A stretch of 64,000 nt of DNA from Desulfatiglandales bacterium (GTDB lineage Bacteria; Desulfobacterota; DSM-4660; Desulfatiglandales; Desulfatiglandaceae), in contig OY762721.1 of assembly GCA_963666345.1 (NCBI GenBank), positions 2,592,001 through 2,656,000 of the forward strand. The letters run 5' to 3'. The notes under the pieces are model-generated. The model made no database searches and had not been told where the DNA came from. It saw only the letters and a list, made by a program, of their open reading frames with translations. Every line of letters starts with the position of its first letter. Position 1 is the stretch's first letter. The position numbers and the translations under genes are program-made. Of this stretch, positions 40,021 through 51,216 are shown one piece after another.

Positions 40021-40470
40021 ATGAAAGAGAGCCTCATCTGTCCACATTGCGGCAAGGAGGTGGAAAGATATAAGAATCCCTTTCCCACCGTGGATATAAT
40101 AATCGAGATGGAGGGAGGAGGGATTGTGCTGATAAAGAGAAAAAATCCCCCTTTCGGGTGGGCTCTGCCCGGAGGTTTTGTGGACTACGGTGAAAGTCTT
40201 GAGTCCGCGGCCAGAAGAGAGGCCCTTGAAGAGACATCTCTTGAAGTAATGCTTACGTCACAATTGGGAGCCTATTCGGATCCCTCCAGAGATCCAAGAC
40301 AACATACAATCAGTGTTGTTTTTCTGGCAAAGGCCGATGGTGAGCCGAAGGCGGCCGATGATGCCGATGAGGCAGGTATCTTTTTCCGTGATTCTCTTCC
40401 CGGTGATCTGGCATTTGATCATGGCAAAATAATTCAGGAATACTTTGAAAAATGCAATATAGAAGAATAA
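40021..40470 (+). CDS. NUDIX hydrolase
   Basis: Nudix box [37 protein letters not shown]. Confidence 0.92.
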   Translation: MKESLICPHCGKEVERYKNPFPTVDIIIEMEGGGIVLIKRKNPPFGWALPGGFVDYGESLESAARREALEETSLEVMLTSQLGAYSDPSRDPRQHTISVVFLAKADGEPKAADDADEAGIFFRDSLPGDLAFDHGKIIQEYFEKCNIEE

Positions 40471-43400
40471 GGAAGCTTTTAATCCCTGCCTTTCTGCTGT
40501 TCCTCCTATTGATAGCCTCTATCCTGTACCTTGAGACGTTAATCCAGGACCCTTCTACTCAACGAATTATCATTAAGAAGCTTTCAAATGCCATCGGTTA
40601 CGATATAAGCACCGGAAAGGTGGAGATTACCTTCCGGGAGGGGATCGCACTCATCGCGCCTGATTTTCTTGCCGAATCAAGGACAGGTTCTGAGAAAATA
40701 GCGGCGTCACGAATAATGCTCAAACTCGATGTGGGTGAACTCCTTCATGGGAGGTTCGTGCCGAAAAAGGTGTCCCTCTCAAGGCCGCGGATTGAGATTG
40801 CCTCAGAGCGGTTTTTCGGGCATCAGGGCGCCCCGGCTGGAGGTGATTTTCAAGAGCACTTCCATGACAGATTTGCCGCATTTCCCACTGTCTCAATTGA
40901 GTCGGGAAGCATAATCGTGCCCGGCCGTTCAATTACGATTGAGAACCTTTACCTTAATACCTTTCAGGGAAAAGGGGAAAAATCGCCTTTCAGGTTCGGC
41001 ATGCACGGCATATTGAGATACATGGGGAGAGACGCGTCCTTTGATGCGAATGGAAAGGTATTCAAGGGAGGCACCCAGGCAGGTGAAAATCTGGAATGTT
41101 CCCTTTCGATAAAAAAAATTCCGATACTCTGGTTCCCGTTGCCGGCGGAGATCCCTGCCCAGGGTGGCAGGGCTGAAACCGTTTTGCAGATCAAGGGAGA
41201 TACCAAGGAGGGGCTTTCAGGTGAAGGCGGGATAACAATAGAGAACTTCAACTTTCTCCTTATGGAAAAAGGACAGCTAAAGGTATTCCTGTTCCCTGAA
41301 TTTAAGGTCAGATTCAAGTCTGCATATAAAGATGGAAAACTGAATATCCCCCTTCTGGAGGTAGAGGGTAATGACTTCAGGCTGGATGCAAACGCGGATA
41401 TCGGCCTGGACAACCTGAAAGATCCTTTGATCGATCTTTCTCTGAAGGCCCCTTTCATGCCTGTTGCCGCTTTTAAGAGGATTTTCCCCACACCTCTTGT
41501 GGGCGGATGGATCGAGGGGGGGCTTTTCCCGGCAATAAAGGAGGGGATGGTTGAAGTTCCCCGTTTTTCTCTCAAAGGGACTGCTTCCGAAATAATGCAC
41601 CTGGGAAGAAAAGAGAATTCGGGTGTGCTCAGAATGGAACTCGCCTGGAAGGAACTGGAGGTTATTGAAGCAAGAGAGACAATCCCATACAGGGATATTT
41701 CCGGCGCGCTAATCGTTGAACATGGAAGACTCCTTGTCTCGGATGTAGTGGGGAAATTCGGCGGTTCGTCAATCAACGATTCCTCATTTGAAATAGGTTC
41801 CCTTTATGAAAAGGAGACTTTTCACCGTTACAGATTCGAGGGTGCTGTGGAGTTGCCGGAATTGAGGGAAAAACTGGAAAGAAATTTTATACCGACAGAT
41901 CTCAGAAATTTTATAGAGGAAATAGATCCGGTGCAGGGCATACTTAAGGGTTCGGTAGAGATAGAAAGCGGGGACTCGGGCAGGGATCTCATCCTTTCGA
42001 AAGGCAAAATGGAATTTTCAGATTGCTCTTTTTTGATTCCAGGAATCGGTCTTCCTCTTAAACTGGATAATGCCGGGGTAAAGATAGATAAAGATGTGGG
42101 ATTGCTTTTCAGCGGCAAAGGCCAGTGGGGTTCTTCCTCCTTCATGGCGAAAGGCTCTTCCGACAGTGCCTTAAGAGATTGGGAAGTGGATTTCGAGGGC
42201 GGGGCATATGTCGGCGAGCTTTATGAGACCTTTTTGCTGGATAAAAAATTACCTCTTAATTTCACCGGGCCTGTTAAATGTTCAGGTTCAGTCAAAAAAC
42301 ATGAGGAATTATGGCAAATTACCGGTGAAATAGACATGAGCAGCACCTCTTTTGACTCCAAATACTTCAGCTTCCGGCCTGCCAAGGGGAGTAAAAATTC
42401 CTTGTTTTCAATAGAGCGGCATCCGGAAAAGGGGCTGGTTCTTAAGAAATTTGATTGCAATGTCGGATCATCAAGTTTCCGGCTTTCAGGTTACCGTGGT
42501 CCTTACAAAGGCGATTCCATTTTTTTGAGCCTTAAGACGGAAGATCTTTCCCTGGAGGACCTTGGGATTCGCTTCAAGGATGACCTGACAGCAGTAAAGG
42601 GAAAAATAGGTGGTCGGGCAAATGCGGTCATCCCTTTTGAAACACCTTCAAATACCTCCATTAACGGAAAAATAGAAGGGGCAGGGATCTATTTTTTGTC
42701 CCCAATGTTGAAATTCCCCATCAGTGATACGGATATTGCTCTTGTTTTTTCAGACAAAAAAGTCCTTGTCAGCAATTGTACAGGGAAATTCAAAGGAATC
42801 CCCTTTGTGTCTTCAGGCTCACTTGAGGGATGGGAAGGTCTTAGCGGGGCCTTGAGTATCGGGTTGTCATATCTCGATTTTGAATGGCTGATAAGGAGCG
42901 GTGAAACAAAGGAGGAAGAAGGAAGGGCCGGAAGCATCAAGCGTTTCCCTGAATATCTGGAGCTGAAGGTAAAAATAGAGGCGGAAAAAGGGGTTTATAA
43001 AAAAATAAGAGGAGGACCTTTCTCTGCCGATTGTTCTATAAAATCGGGAAATATCTATATCGAGCGCGCCAGGTCCGGGCTGGAGCATGGCGAATTGTCA
43101 CTGAGGGGGCATATCAAGTCCGGGGAGCCTTTTGAAAAGCTGTTCGCGGGCTATATAAGCCTTCATGGTCAACCGGTGCAGGAATTTCTGGAGTCTCTGA
43201 ATATAAAAGACACCTATGTCGAGGGAGTTGTCGATATGGAGGGGGTCTTTTATATGAAGGGAAATGATAAGGATGATCTCATAAGAAGTCTTACCGGGAG
43301 CGCCGATGTGTCTGTTGAAAAAGGGGTGATAAAAAAAGATCATATCATGTTCAAGGTCCTCGATTTTTTAAGTCTTCAGAAGGTATTCAAAGACAGGCCG

Positions 43401-43856
43401 GAAGGGATATCAAAGGAGGGGATATATTTCGACAGTATAGGAGGCCGGCTACTGGCTGATAAGGGTTTGGTTGAAAGTGAAAAAATTGTGATGAAAAGCC
43501 CCGTGTTTAATGCCGCGGCAAGCGGTAAAATCGATCTTTCAGAAAACAGGATAGATGTCGATCTCCATATTCAACCCCTTGGATCAGTTGACATCCTGGT
43601 GAGCAAGATCCCGCTCGTTGGATATATCCTGGCAGGAGAAGACAAGACATTTATTGTTTATTATTTTACGGTTGAAGGTCTTTTTTCCGATCCCGAGATA
43701 AAATATGTCCCCCTGTCTGAAACTATAGGAGCGACTACAAAAGGATATTTTGAACGTCTTTTTGAGACCCCGAAAAGGCTCTTTGAAGGTTTTTCCAAAA
43801 TGACGCAAGAGCTTATCAAAAGAGGCGTTCCCATAACAGAGGAATATATCCCCTGA
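40452..43856 (+). CDS. AsmA/YhdP-like envelope protein
   Basis: N-terminal TM helix, long beta-rich body, C-terminal [10 protein letters not shown] motif. Confidence 0.75.
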   Translation: MQYRRIRKLLIPAFLLFLLLIASILYLETLIQDPSTQRIIIKKLSNAIGYDISTGKVEITFREGIALIAPDFLAESRTGSEKIAASRIMLKLDVGELLHGRFVPKKVSLSRPRIEIASERFFGHQGAPAGGDFQEHFHDRFAAFPTVSIESGSIIVPGRSITIENLYLNTFQGKGEKSPFRFGMHGILRYMGRDASFDANGKVFKGGTQAGENLECSLSIKKIPILWFPLPAEIPAQGGRAETVLQIKGDTKEGLSGEGGITIENFNFLLMEKGQLKVFLFPEFKVRFKSAYKDGKLNIPLLEVEGNDFRLDANADIGLDNLKDPLIDLSLKAPFMPVAAFKRIFPTPLVGGWIEGGLFPAIKEGMVEVPRFSLKGTASEIMHLGRKENSGVLRMELAWKELEVIEARETIPYRDISGALIVEHGRLLVSDVVGKFGGSSINDSSFEIGSLYEKETFHRYRFEGAVELPELREKLERNFIPTDLRNFIEEIDPVQGILKGSVEIESGDSGRDLILSKGKMEFSDCSFLIPGIGLPLKLDNAGVKIDKDVGLLFSGKGQWGSSSFMAKGSSDSALRDWEVDFEGGAYVGELYETFLLDKKLPLNFTGPVKCSGSVKKHEELWQITGEIDMSSTSFDSKYFSFRPAKGSKNSLFSIERHPEKGLVLKKFDCNVGSSSFRLSGYRGPYKGDSIFLSLKTEDLSLEDLGIRFKDDLTAVKGKIGGRANAVIPFETPSNTSINGKIEGAGIYFLSPMLKFPISDTDIALVFSDKKVLVSNCTGKFKGIPFVSSGSLEGWEGLSGALSIGLSYLDFEWLIRSGETKEEEGRAGSIKRFPEYLELKVKIEAEKGVYKKIRGGPFSADCSIKSGNIYIERARSGLEHGELSLRGHIKSGEPFEKLFAGYISLHGQPVQEFLESLNIKDTYVEGVVDMEGVFYMKGNDKDDLIRSLTGSADVSVEKGVIKKDHIMFKVLDFLSLQKVFKDRPEGISKEGIYFDSIGGRLLADKGLVESEKIVMKSPVFNAAASGKIDLSENRIDVDLHIQPLGSVDILVSKIPLVGYILAGEDKTFIVYYFTVEGLFSDPEIKYVPLSETIGATTKGYFERLFETPKRLFEGFSKMTQELIKRGVPITEEYIP

Positions 43857-43906
43857 AACACTGATCGATGGAGACTGCCCGGTAGATCAGGAGAAGAGAG
43901 TGGGGC

Positions 43907-43935
43907 TTGAAAAAAGATTTATCTCATGTTAAAAT
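43907..43935 (+). promoter_or_regulatory. Sigma70 promoter
   Basis: TTGAAA-17-TAAAAT with extended TG. Confidence 0.5.
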
Positions 43936-44048
43936 TAACAATTTTGGTAAAATAAGCGGGTTTGTTTCGGGCTTTTCATTAAAAACATCTTGTAGTTGTT
44001 TTGATAAACTGAGTTGAGTGGTTATTGTAATATGAGATGTCAAGGGTT

Positions 44049-44167
44049 GACGGCTTTGTAAAAAGACCGCCGCTCGTCGGGTTCATGGCCCTGAGTCAAG
44101 TCGAAGGGCTGGAGCTTGGTGCCCCGGAAGATCAGGACTCGGCGGGAGAACCTTTTACCGTGCCGTC
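44049..44167. mobile_element. MITE-like palindromic element
   Basis: GACGGCTTTGTAAAA ... TTTTACCGTGCCGTC ends, inner CCGCCG/CGGCGG arms and a GCCCTGAG..GTCGAAGGGC REP-like hairpin. Confidence 0.45.
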
Positions 44168-44231
44168 TCAATTTTGATTTTTTACGGATGTATGGAAGTT
44201 ATCTAAAACGAAAAAGAGGAATAGTTTTAAT

Positions 44232-46067
44232 ATGGATATTGTAGAAATTTTCAAGAAACGAACCAGACACCCTTTCAGACCCAGGGCTTCCAATATAATA
44301 AGCGAAATCTTCACCGATTTTCAACCCTATTCGTATAACGGAGCATCCCTTATAGGAGGGTCCTGCCATTTCATGGATAAAAAGCTCTTTGTGATAGGGC
44401 AGCAAAAGCCGACTCCTGAGGATCTGAAGAGCAGCAAAGATCTGCAAAAATTAAACTACGGCATGCTCACCTCAGATGACCATTCTTTTATCTTGAATGT
44501 CTTAAAAGAGGCCAAGGCCTCAGACCGTGAGAATACTTATATTTTCACTATTATAGATACCTACGGTGCTGATATCTCGATGTATTCGGCCCAGAGGTTT
44601 CAGGCCTTCTTTATCGGGCATCTTATAAGGGAATTCCTTACTATCCCGTTGAGGACGATTTCTCTCGTCCTTGGTGAGGGGGGCAGCGGGGGTGCCGTTG
44701 CCATACAGGCGACCGATATAAGGGGTCAGATGGAGGACGCCCTGTATGCTACCGCACCACCGGAGAGCACCGCGTCCATAGTGTTCAGAGATGCCAGCAG
44801 AATTAAGGACGCCCTTACAATCCTTAGGCCTACCGCCAAGGAACTGAAGTCTCTGAATGTCATAGACCGTATAGTTCCTGCGGCGGAAGATGTTACAAAA
44901 TGCGACGAGATGGCGGGAAATATCAAGCTGTTTCTTTCAAAGGCCATCAAGGATTTGTCCAGGTCGAGAATAAAGAAGCTGATTAAAAAGAGGGAAATTA
45001 CCGCCAAGAAGCATGGCCTTTCAAAGGGAAGCGGCACCTTTTTCGATATCAAAAGATATATTGAAAAACCTATAAAAAAGGCATTCAGAAAACCGCCTCC
45101 GGATATTCAGATTGTTAACTATTCAAGCCTTACTGAAGTAGGTGACGAATATGGGGATATAAATGTCCGAACGGCCGGTGAATTTATCGAATGCGGGGCC
45201 AGAAGAGGTGGAGGTAAGAGGATCGGCGGCTGCGGGAAAATGATTCCCCTGAAGGAATTGATCGATAACTTCAATGTGTGTCCTGAATGCGGGTATTCAT
45301 ATACCCTTGATGCCACAGGCTGGATCGATTGCATGGTCGATACCGGTACATTCCATGAGCTTTACAGAAACCTGAATGTCGACCAGCTTCTTGCTGAGGA
45401 TTCGATTACCGGTTATTATCGCGATTTCCTGGCAAAGCAGGAGGGCCGAAGCCATTTCAAGGAGTCTCTTGTCGTGGGAAGCGCCCGGGTCAATCAGTTC
45501 CATGTTACGATGGCTATCAGCGCGTTTTACTATTGCGGCGGTTCCATGGGGGTGGTATTCGGAGAAAAATTCAGACGGGCGGTTGATTTCGCCATTCAGG
45601 AAAATACCCCATTTATAAGCCTATGTTGCTCAGGAGGCGCAAGGCTCTATGAAGGAACTTCGGCCCTGATGCAGATGGTAAAGACGGTGGAGTCCGTAAA
45701 CAGGCTGAAAAGGCACGGCCTGCCCTACATATCGATCCTTGCCGATCCGGCCACAGGCGGCGCTATCGCCAGCTACGCCGCGTTGGGAGACATAACGATT
45801 GCTGAGCCGGGCGCCCTTGTAATATTTGCCGGTCCCAGGGTTATGCAGTCAAGGGGATTTGATGTGGATGAAAAGCTTGTGCGATCAGACTATCTGCACG
45901 AGCTTTCAAGGGATATCTATAAGGATCTGGATTATTTCCATGACATCCGGGGCATACAGGAGATCTGTGAAAGAAAGAATATGAAATCATGTCTTTCGAA
46001 ATATCTTGAGCTTTATTCGAGAACAGCCTTAAGAAGCAAGGGCAGGGGAAAGAAGCGAGGTGAGTGA
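44232..46067 (+). CDS. Fused acyl-CoA carboxylase carboxyltransferase alpha-beta (AccA-AccD)
   Basis: N-half: IDTYGA, GEGGSGGA, PPESTASI. C-half: Zn finger ending in CPEC, GGSMG, SGGAR..EG..ALMQM, TGG..AS, FAGPRV. Confidence 0.8.
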   Translation: MDIVEIFKKRTRHPFRPRASNIISEIFTDFQPYSYNGASLIGGSCHFMDKKLFVIGQQKPTPEDLKSSKDLQKLNYGMLTSDDHSFILNVLKEAKASDRENTYIFTIIDTYGADISMYSAQRFQAFFIGHLIREFLTIPLRTISLVLGEGGSGGAVAIQATDIRGQMEDALYATAPPESTASIVFRDASRIKDALTILRPTAKELKSLNVIDRIVPAAEDVTKCDEMAGNIKLFLSKAIKDLSRSRIKKLIKKREITAKKHGLSKGSGTFFDIKRYIEKPIKKAFRKPPPDIQIVNYSSLTEVGDEYGDINVRTAGEFIECGARRGGGKRIGGCGKMIPLKELIDNFNVCPECGYSYTLDATGWIDCMVDTGTFHELYRNLNVDQLLAEDSITGYYRDFLAKQEGRSHFKESLVVGSARVNQFHVTMAISAFYYCGGSMGVVFGEKFRRAVDFAIQENTPFISLCCSGGARLYEGTSALMQMVKTVESVNRLKRHGLPYISILADPATGGAIASYAALGDITIAEPGALVIFAGPRVMQSRGFDVDEKLVRSDYLHELSRDIYKDLDYFHDIRGIQEICERKNMKSCLSKYLELYSRTALRSKGRGKKRGE

Positions 46068-46074
46068 AAGCCTC

Positions 46075-46347
46075 CTATTTTTCCTCACTGTTTTTTTCAA
46101 GAAGATCACGCAGGGCCGGTTTGACATAGATCCTGCTTAAATCGAAGCGTTTAAGGGCCCTTTTAAGGGCCCTGACCTTTTGTTCCAGGGAAATTTGTTT
46201 GTTTATGATGATTGTGTGTTTTCCCCTTATCCTGCAAAGCCCCCCGGTCATACTCGCCTTTTCGCCTTCCATCCGCTCATAACGTATGGAGATATCGAGC
46301 GACTGTGCAAGTTCTTCAAGACGATGCAAGAGAGTCGGTTCGTCCAC
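46075..46347 (-). CDS. Small conserved hypothetical protein
   Basis: IRYE...GGLCRIRG...IYVKPALRDLL; SD AGGAG. Confidence 0.65.
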   Translation of the reverse strand: MDEPTLLHRLEELAQSLDISIRYERMEGEKASMTGGLCRIRGKHTIIINKQISLEQKVRALKRALKRFDLSRIYVKPALRDLLEKNSEEK

Positions 46348-46560
46348 GGGATATCTCCTGGCGCGTTATCAATTGTCTGGTTGAAGAAGCGTTACTTGTT
46401 TTAAGTTAAAAAGCTCCTGCCCGGAGGCGCCCTTTAAAATGCCTGAAGTGAGATAAAGTGACTGGAGTGCGTAATGTTATGGAATTTGGCTTCCCCAATC
46501 CGGTTTGGAAAATCAACCTTTCCATCTCCTTATAAACGGGCAGATAATTAAATCAAGGAC

Positions 46561-47745
46561 CTATTCCTTATCCCCTACAGGAAACACCAGAACCAGAATA
46601 AAACCCGCAAAAGCCAACAGGCCGCAGGATGTAAAAAGGGTTTCCAGACCGGCCGTGTGAACGATCCAGCCCGACAAATAGGCCCCCGTAAAAAAACCGG
46701 TGTCATAAACGGCCGTAAAGGTAGACATGGCAAGAGATTTTTCCCTTCCGGTACCTTGAGCCGCGGCCAGTGCGTTATGGACGGGGAATAGAAACCCGAT
46801 TCCCGCTCCCATAAGTATGGCTGAAACCGGAAACAATCGTGATCCTATCATAAAAGGTATAAGTATGATGCCGCATGCAAAAAAAGGATATAATGAGCGA
46901 AGAAAAAGGGTCCTGCCGAAACGGTCGATAACCTTTCCGGAACAGATCAATATCACCAGTGCCGTTAAAAAGGTGACAAAAAAGAATTTCCCGCTTGTCG
47001 TTCCCTTTTGTTCGGAAAGCAGCGCCAGAAAGTTTATCACACTGGCCTGGCAGTGAGAGAAAAGAAGGGTTGAAAGCAGAAGCATAAGGTAGGAGGGGGA
47101 AGTTATGAGGCCAAGGAAATATGCCTTTTTCACCCTTTTTTCCATTTTGTCTGATGAGATGCCTCTATCGAGCCTGGACGCGCAAAACCATCCCAGTGCC
47201 CCCATTAAGGCGGCCGTAAAATAGAGTGTATGAAAACCTGCGTGGTAGACAATAAATTCACCGGCCGGTGGCGCAAGGGCAATCGAGGCCATAATGGAGA
47301 CGCCTATAAATGAAAAACCCTGAGCCCTCATGAAACCCGGAATTCTTCTGGCTGCGATGGAAAATGATGCGGCGATAAAGCAGGAAAAGCCCAATCCATG
47401 AAGTATCCTGAGTAAAAGTAATGAAGTTCCATAGGAACTTATCAGGTTGTAAAAAAGTGTTGAAAGGAAAAGCAGCAAAAGACCGAGGCAGAGCACCGGA
47501 TATTCGCCTTTGGCGGCTGATGCCTTACCTAAAAGGGGCCTTGAGACAACCGCTGAAAGTGAAAATATCCCCATTGCAAAGCCGATTTGCCTAGGGCCGG
47601 CACCGAATTTTTCAAGAGCCAGAGGGTAGAGATAGAAAAAACCGACATTTGAAAATACGAAGAAAAAAGACAGGAGCAAGAATATGAATTGAAATTCAAA
47701 GATCGATGAAAACCGGCCTTCTCTTGTTGTCTCTTTCAGGTTCAA
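46561..47745 (-). CDS. MFS transporter
   Basis: About 12 hydrophobic helices, RILHGLG, GKVIDRFGR. Confidence 0.85.
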   Translation of the reverse strand: MNLKETTREGRFSSIFEFQFIFLLLSFFFVFSNVGFFYLYPLALEKFGAGPRQIGFAMGIFSLSAVVSRPLLGKASAAKGEYPVLCLGLLLLFLSTLFYNLISSYGTSLLLLRILHGLGFSCFIAASFSIAARRIPGFMRAQGFSFIGVSIMASIALAPPAGEFIVYHAGFHTLYFTAALMGALGWFCASRLDRGISSDKMEKRVKKAYFLGLITSPSYLMLLLSTLLFSHCQASVINFLALLSEQKGTTSGKFFFVTFLTALVILICSGKVIDRFGRTLFLRSLYPFFACGIILIPFMIGSRLFPVSAILMGAGIGFLFPVHNALAAAQGTGREKSLAMSTFTAVYDTGFFTGAYLSGWIVHTAGLETLFTSCGLLAFAGFILVLVFPVGDKE

Positions 47746-47923
47746 ATCTTAATCCCCCTGATCTTGTTAAGACAGTAAACAAAAGATATGCCAATTGACC
47801 AACTAATCGGGAGAAGATCCACAAATATTTGCGGGCTCCATGTCAGGATTCCAGTGGAACGGCTGTTTAAAGTAAAATGCAAAGGTGTCCGGGGCATCGG
47901 AGCGGCGGTTCTCCCTTTATCCT

Positions 47924-48238
47924 CTAAAGTTGATTTCCGCAAAAAGGGCAAAATCTGAATCCCTCACTGATCACGGCGCCGCAGTTTGGGCATTTCGGCG
48001 GCGTGTCGAACGCATGAGTGTGCGCGTAATCGGTTGATCCATCTGAAATAGTACCACACCGCCGGCACTCGACAAAATTCTCACCCTTTTTAACCCTGAA
48101 CAGCGGCAAAAAAAACAGAGACAGGTAATGATCGGTACGTTTGAGCATGGCCTGGTAAAGTCCGCAGGACGGGCATCTTCTGGGCCGGTCTTCGATTTTT
48201 ACGGTCTTGGGCTGTATCCCTGCAATAAAGAAAAACAT
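47924..48238 (-). CDS. Zinc-ribbon domain protein
   Basis: FFIAG, CPSCG, LFFLPL, CRRCG, CPNCG, FCPFCG. Confidence 0.8.
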   Translation of the reverse strand: MFFFIAGIQPKTVKIEDRPRRCPSCGLYQAMLKRTDHYLSLFFLPLFRVKKGENFVECRRCGTISDGSTDYAHTHAFDTPPKCPNCGAVISEGFRFCPFCGNQL

Positions 48239-48785
48239 GTATTCAAAAGTCTCCGATCCTGGAGTTTGAAAAGATGGTACCGGTAAAACAGAGATAGAAT
48301 ATTACAACAAGCCGTGTCCGGCCTCCAGGATAAATTTTGTCTTTGCTCGATGGATCTATGAAATCGGCCTTATCTGTGCCTAACGTAGAAGTTCCCGCAT
48401 CCACGGGCTTTTGTAACCGTTACCTGTGCTGAGAGGGCACCCGGGAGGAAAGGCCCTGCCTGCGCTGCGGTTGGCTGTGGTATTTTCCGTGAGACAAGGG
48501 CTGCGGAAAGTGCCCCGGCGCATGCGTTTGTAAGCTGGCGGCTGGTGGCATAAAAATGGGCAGGGGGAGTCTTTTCGAAAAAAAATTAAAGCAGACCCCG
48601 GTTTGCGGCCTTCTGAAAAACAGGTGGCGGTCATGTAAGGGATTTTTACAGGGTAGGCAGAATATGATATGCTGATATTTATCTCTTTGACCTATTAAAG
48701 ACAGGCCTGCCTCGGCAGCGCTGCATCATGATTTTTCATTCCAAGGTATATTTGATATGGACTTAAAACGCGGGGTTGGCAGAGT

Positions 48786-49835
48786 ATGGGAAAGACAGGT
48801 ATTCTAAGAGACGAGAGATTCCTGGATCACAGACCCGGGCCTTTTCATCCTGAAAGCCACAAACGGCTGAAGGCCTTGTATGCCATGCTTGATGAACCTG
48901 ATATGGAAGGAAGATTTTCCGCGATACCTGCAAGGCACGCAAGTAAAGAAGAGCTTCTTTTTATTCATTCCCCTTCTTATATTGAAATGATCGGAAAAAC
49001 AGCCGGGAAACCGCACCGTTTCCTGGACCCTGATACTTCGACTTCTGAAGGCTCCTATGAGGCTGCCCTGCTTGCTGCCGGAGGATTTTGTAACTCTATT
49101 TCCATGGTGACCGCCGGTGATCTGGATAATGCCTTCGCCCTTGTGAGGCCTCCGGGCCATCATGCGGAAAATGGCAGGGCAATGGGTTTCTGCCTCTTTA
49201 ATAACGTAGCAATCGGGGCACGATACGCCCAAAGGGTTTTGGGCCTCAGGAAAATAGCCGTCGTAGACTGGGATCTGCACCATGGAAACGGGACCCAGCA
49301 CGCATTTGAGCATGACCCCACTGTCCTTTATTTTTCTACCCATCAATATCCCTACTATCCCGGAAGCGGGGCATTCGAACAGGTGGGTAAAGAAAACGGG
49401 AGGGGGTTCACGGTTAATGTGCCTCTTTCAACAGGGCATGGTGACGGAGAATACGCCGCTATATTTGAAATGATTCTCAAGCCTGTTGTGCTTGAGTTTG
49501 ACCCGGATCTCATACTGGTTTCAGCCGGTTTTGACAATTACATACGTGACCCCCTGGGTTCCATGACGGTAACGGAAAAGGGCTTTGCCGTGATGACCTC
49601 CTGTCTCATGGATATCGCTGAAAAGTGCTGTAAGGGCAGGATAGCCATGACGCTTGAAGGCGGATATAATCTGACGGGACTTAGTGAATCCGTAAAGGCG
49701 GTTTTAAATGAAATGGCAGGAGTCACTTCGACCGAAAGGCAGGCCGCTATCTGTCTTGCAGACAGCACAATGCTCAATCGTGCCTTAAACGGAGTTCAAA
49801 GGGTGCACGGATCATCGTGGAAGGTGTCTAAGTGA
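48786..49835 (+). CDS. Histone deacetylase-family (Zn-dependent) deacylase
   Basis: [37 protein letters not shown]. Confidence 0.93.
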   Translation: MGKTGILRDERFLDHRPGPFHPESHKRLKALYAMLDEPDMEGRFSAIPARHASKEELLFIHSPSYIEMIGKTAGKPHRFLDPDTSTSEGSYEAALLAAGGFCNSISMVTAGDLDNAFALVRPPGHHAENGRAMGFCLFNNVAIGARYAQRVLGLRKIAVVDWDLHHGNGTQHAFEHDPTVLYFSTHQYPYYPGSGAFEQVGKENGRGFTVNVPLSTGHGDGEYAAIFEMILKPVVLEFDPDLILVSAGFDNYIRDPLGSMTVTEKGFAVMTSCLMDIAEKCCKGRIAMTLEGGYNLTGLSESVKAVLNEMAGVTSTERQAAICLADSTMLNRALNGVQRVHGSSWKVSK

Positions 49836-50296
49836 ATAAACATGGCCCCTTTTTCTCGACAAGACAGGCCGGTAAGGCCGACTGCCGATACATAAAGTCT
49901 CTTGGCTGTGCCGTGTTCGATCTTTACGGCCCCTACGGGGAGATCCTTTCATCATGGTTTTCTTCCGAAATCACCTATACCGTTGTGGCATCGACCCAAG
50001 AGGGAATGTCAGGATTCGCAATGCTAGCCTTAACCTCCGGGATCGCAGAACTTCTCGCAATCGCGGTGGAACCGGACATGCGGGGGATGGGTGTAGGGGG
50101 TTTTCTCATGGATGAGGTGATCAGAAGGGCAAGACAGGGTAAGGTCAAGTATTTTATGCTTCACACCGCGGTTGATAACTCGGCAGCTCAGGGTCTGTTC
50201 GAAAAATATGGCTTTGTCCGTTCAGGCATAAGAGATGATTTTTATCCGAATGGACAGGACGCCTTTATAATGACCAGGCATATCTATGATGAATGA
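49832..50296 (+). CDS. GNAT (RimI-like) acetyltransferase
   Basis: [38 protein letters not shown] overlap with the deacylase. Confidence 0.8.
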   Translation: MNKHGPFFSTRQAGKADCRYIKSLGCAVFDLYGPYGEILSSWFSSEITYTVVASTQEGMSGFAMLALTSGIAELLAIAVEPDMRGMGVGGFLMDEVIRRARQGKVKYFMLHTAVDNSAAQGLFEKYGFVRSGIRDDFYPNGQDAFIMTRHIYDE

Positions 50297-50382
50297 CAGG
50301 TGCTTCCTGACGGGGAGCAGCGATTTTATCCACGATGCCTTTGTGGAATGTGAAATAAAATCCGATAAAACAGGAGAATGTA

Positions 50383-51102
50383 ATGAAGCAGGTTGCCGAA
50401 GGTGTGTTGTTTATTCCGGGAAGAGATGATCTGATACCCGATTCCCACACATACATAATAGGGGATCCTTTATCCGGAGATCTGAGCATGATAGACCCGG
50501 GGCTCATGGGCAAGGGAAGATACAAGCTCGAATCGGTAAAGAAGCTGGTAGACACATCCCGAATAAAAAGAGTCATAATGACTCATACTCATCTGGATCA
50601 TATAGGGTGCCTTTCCGAAATCCTTGAACAACTGCCGTGGGCGGAGCTGTGGGTCCACCGCATTGAGGGGGAGGCGCTCGAACAGGGAGATGAACGTACT
50701 GTCTACGGTATGGAAATGTTTAAAAACATGTGCCAGGCGCAGTACGGAATAAAATCAGGGGCCTTCAGGTTCAATGTGGACAGAAAGCTGGAAGAGGGGG
50801 AAAGGCTTAAGATCGGGGCCATGGAATGGGATGTGATGCATATCCCGGGGCATTCATCAGGGAGTATCGCGCTTTATAAAAGTGATTCCGGGATACTTAT
50901 CCCGGGAGACGTTGTTTATGCGGACTATGCTATCGGCCGTTTCGATCTTTACGGCGCGGACGGGGACGCGTTGAAGGGATCACTTAAGAGACTTGCCGGA
51001 CTGGACGTGAAAATCCTTCTCCCGGGGCATAATGAGATTGCTCATGATCTGCCTCCGGGATATATTTCCGAGACTCTGAGGCAATGGGAGCCGTATCTCT
51101 AG
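50383..51102 (+). CDS. Metallo-beta-lactamase-fold hydrolase
   Basis: THTHLDHIG, PGHS, GD, PGH. Confidence 0.88.
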   Translation: MKQVAEGVLFIPGRDDLIPDSHTYIIGDPLSGDLSMIDPGLMGKGRYKLESVKKLVDTSRIKRVIMTHTHLDHIGCLSEILEQLPWAELWVHRIEGEALEQGDERTVYGMEMFKNMCQAQYGIKSGAFRFNVDRKLEEGERLKIGAMEWDVMHIPGHSSGSIALYKSDSGILIPGDVVYADYAIGRFDLYGADGDALKGSLKRLAGLDVKILLPGHNEIAHDLPPGYISETLRQWEPYL

Positions 51103-51216
51103 CCTTCATCCGTAAATGGCCCTTTTGTCCGATATCAAAGGCAACCGATCGGAGAAGGATAAGACTGTTCAGCTTTTGATTTCCTGATGGATGTTAAACC
51201 GTAATTGTGGACAGGG

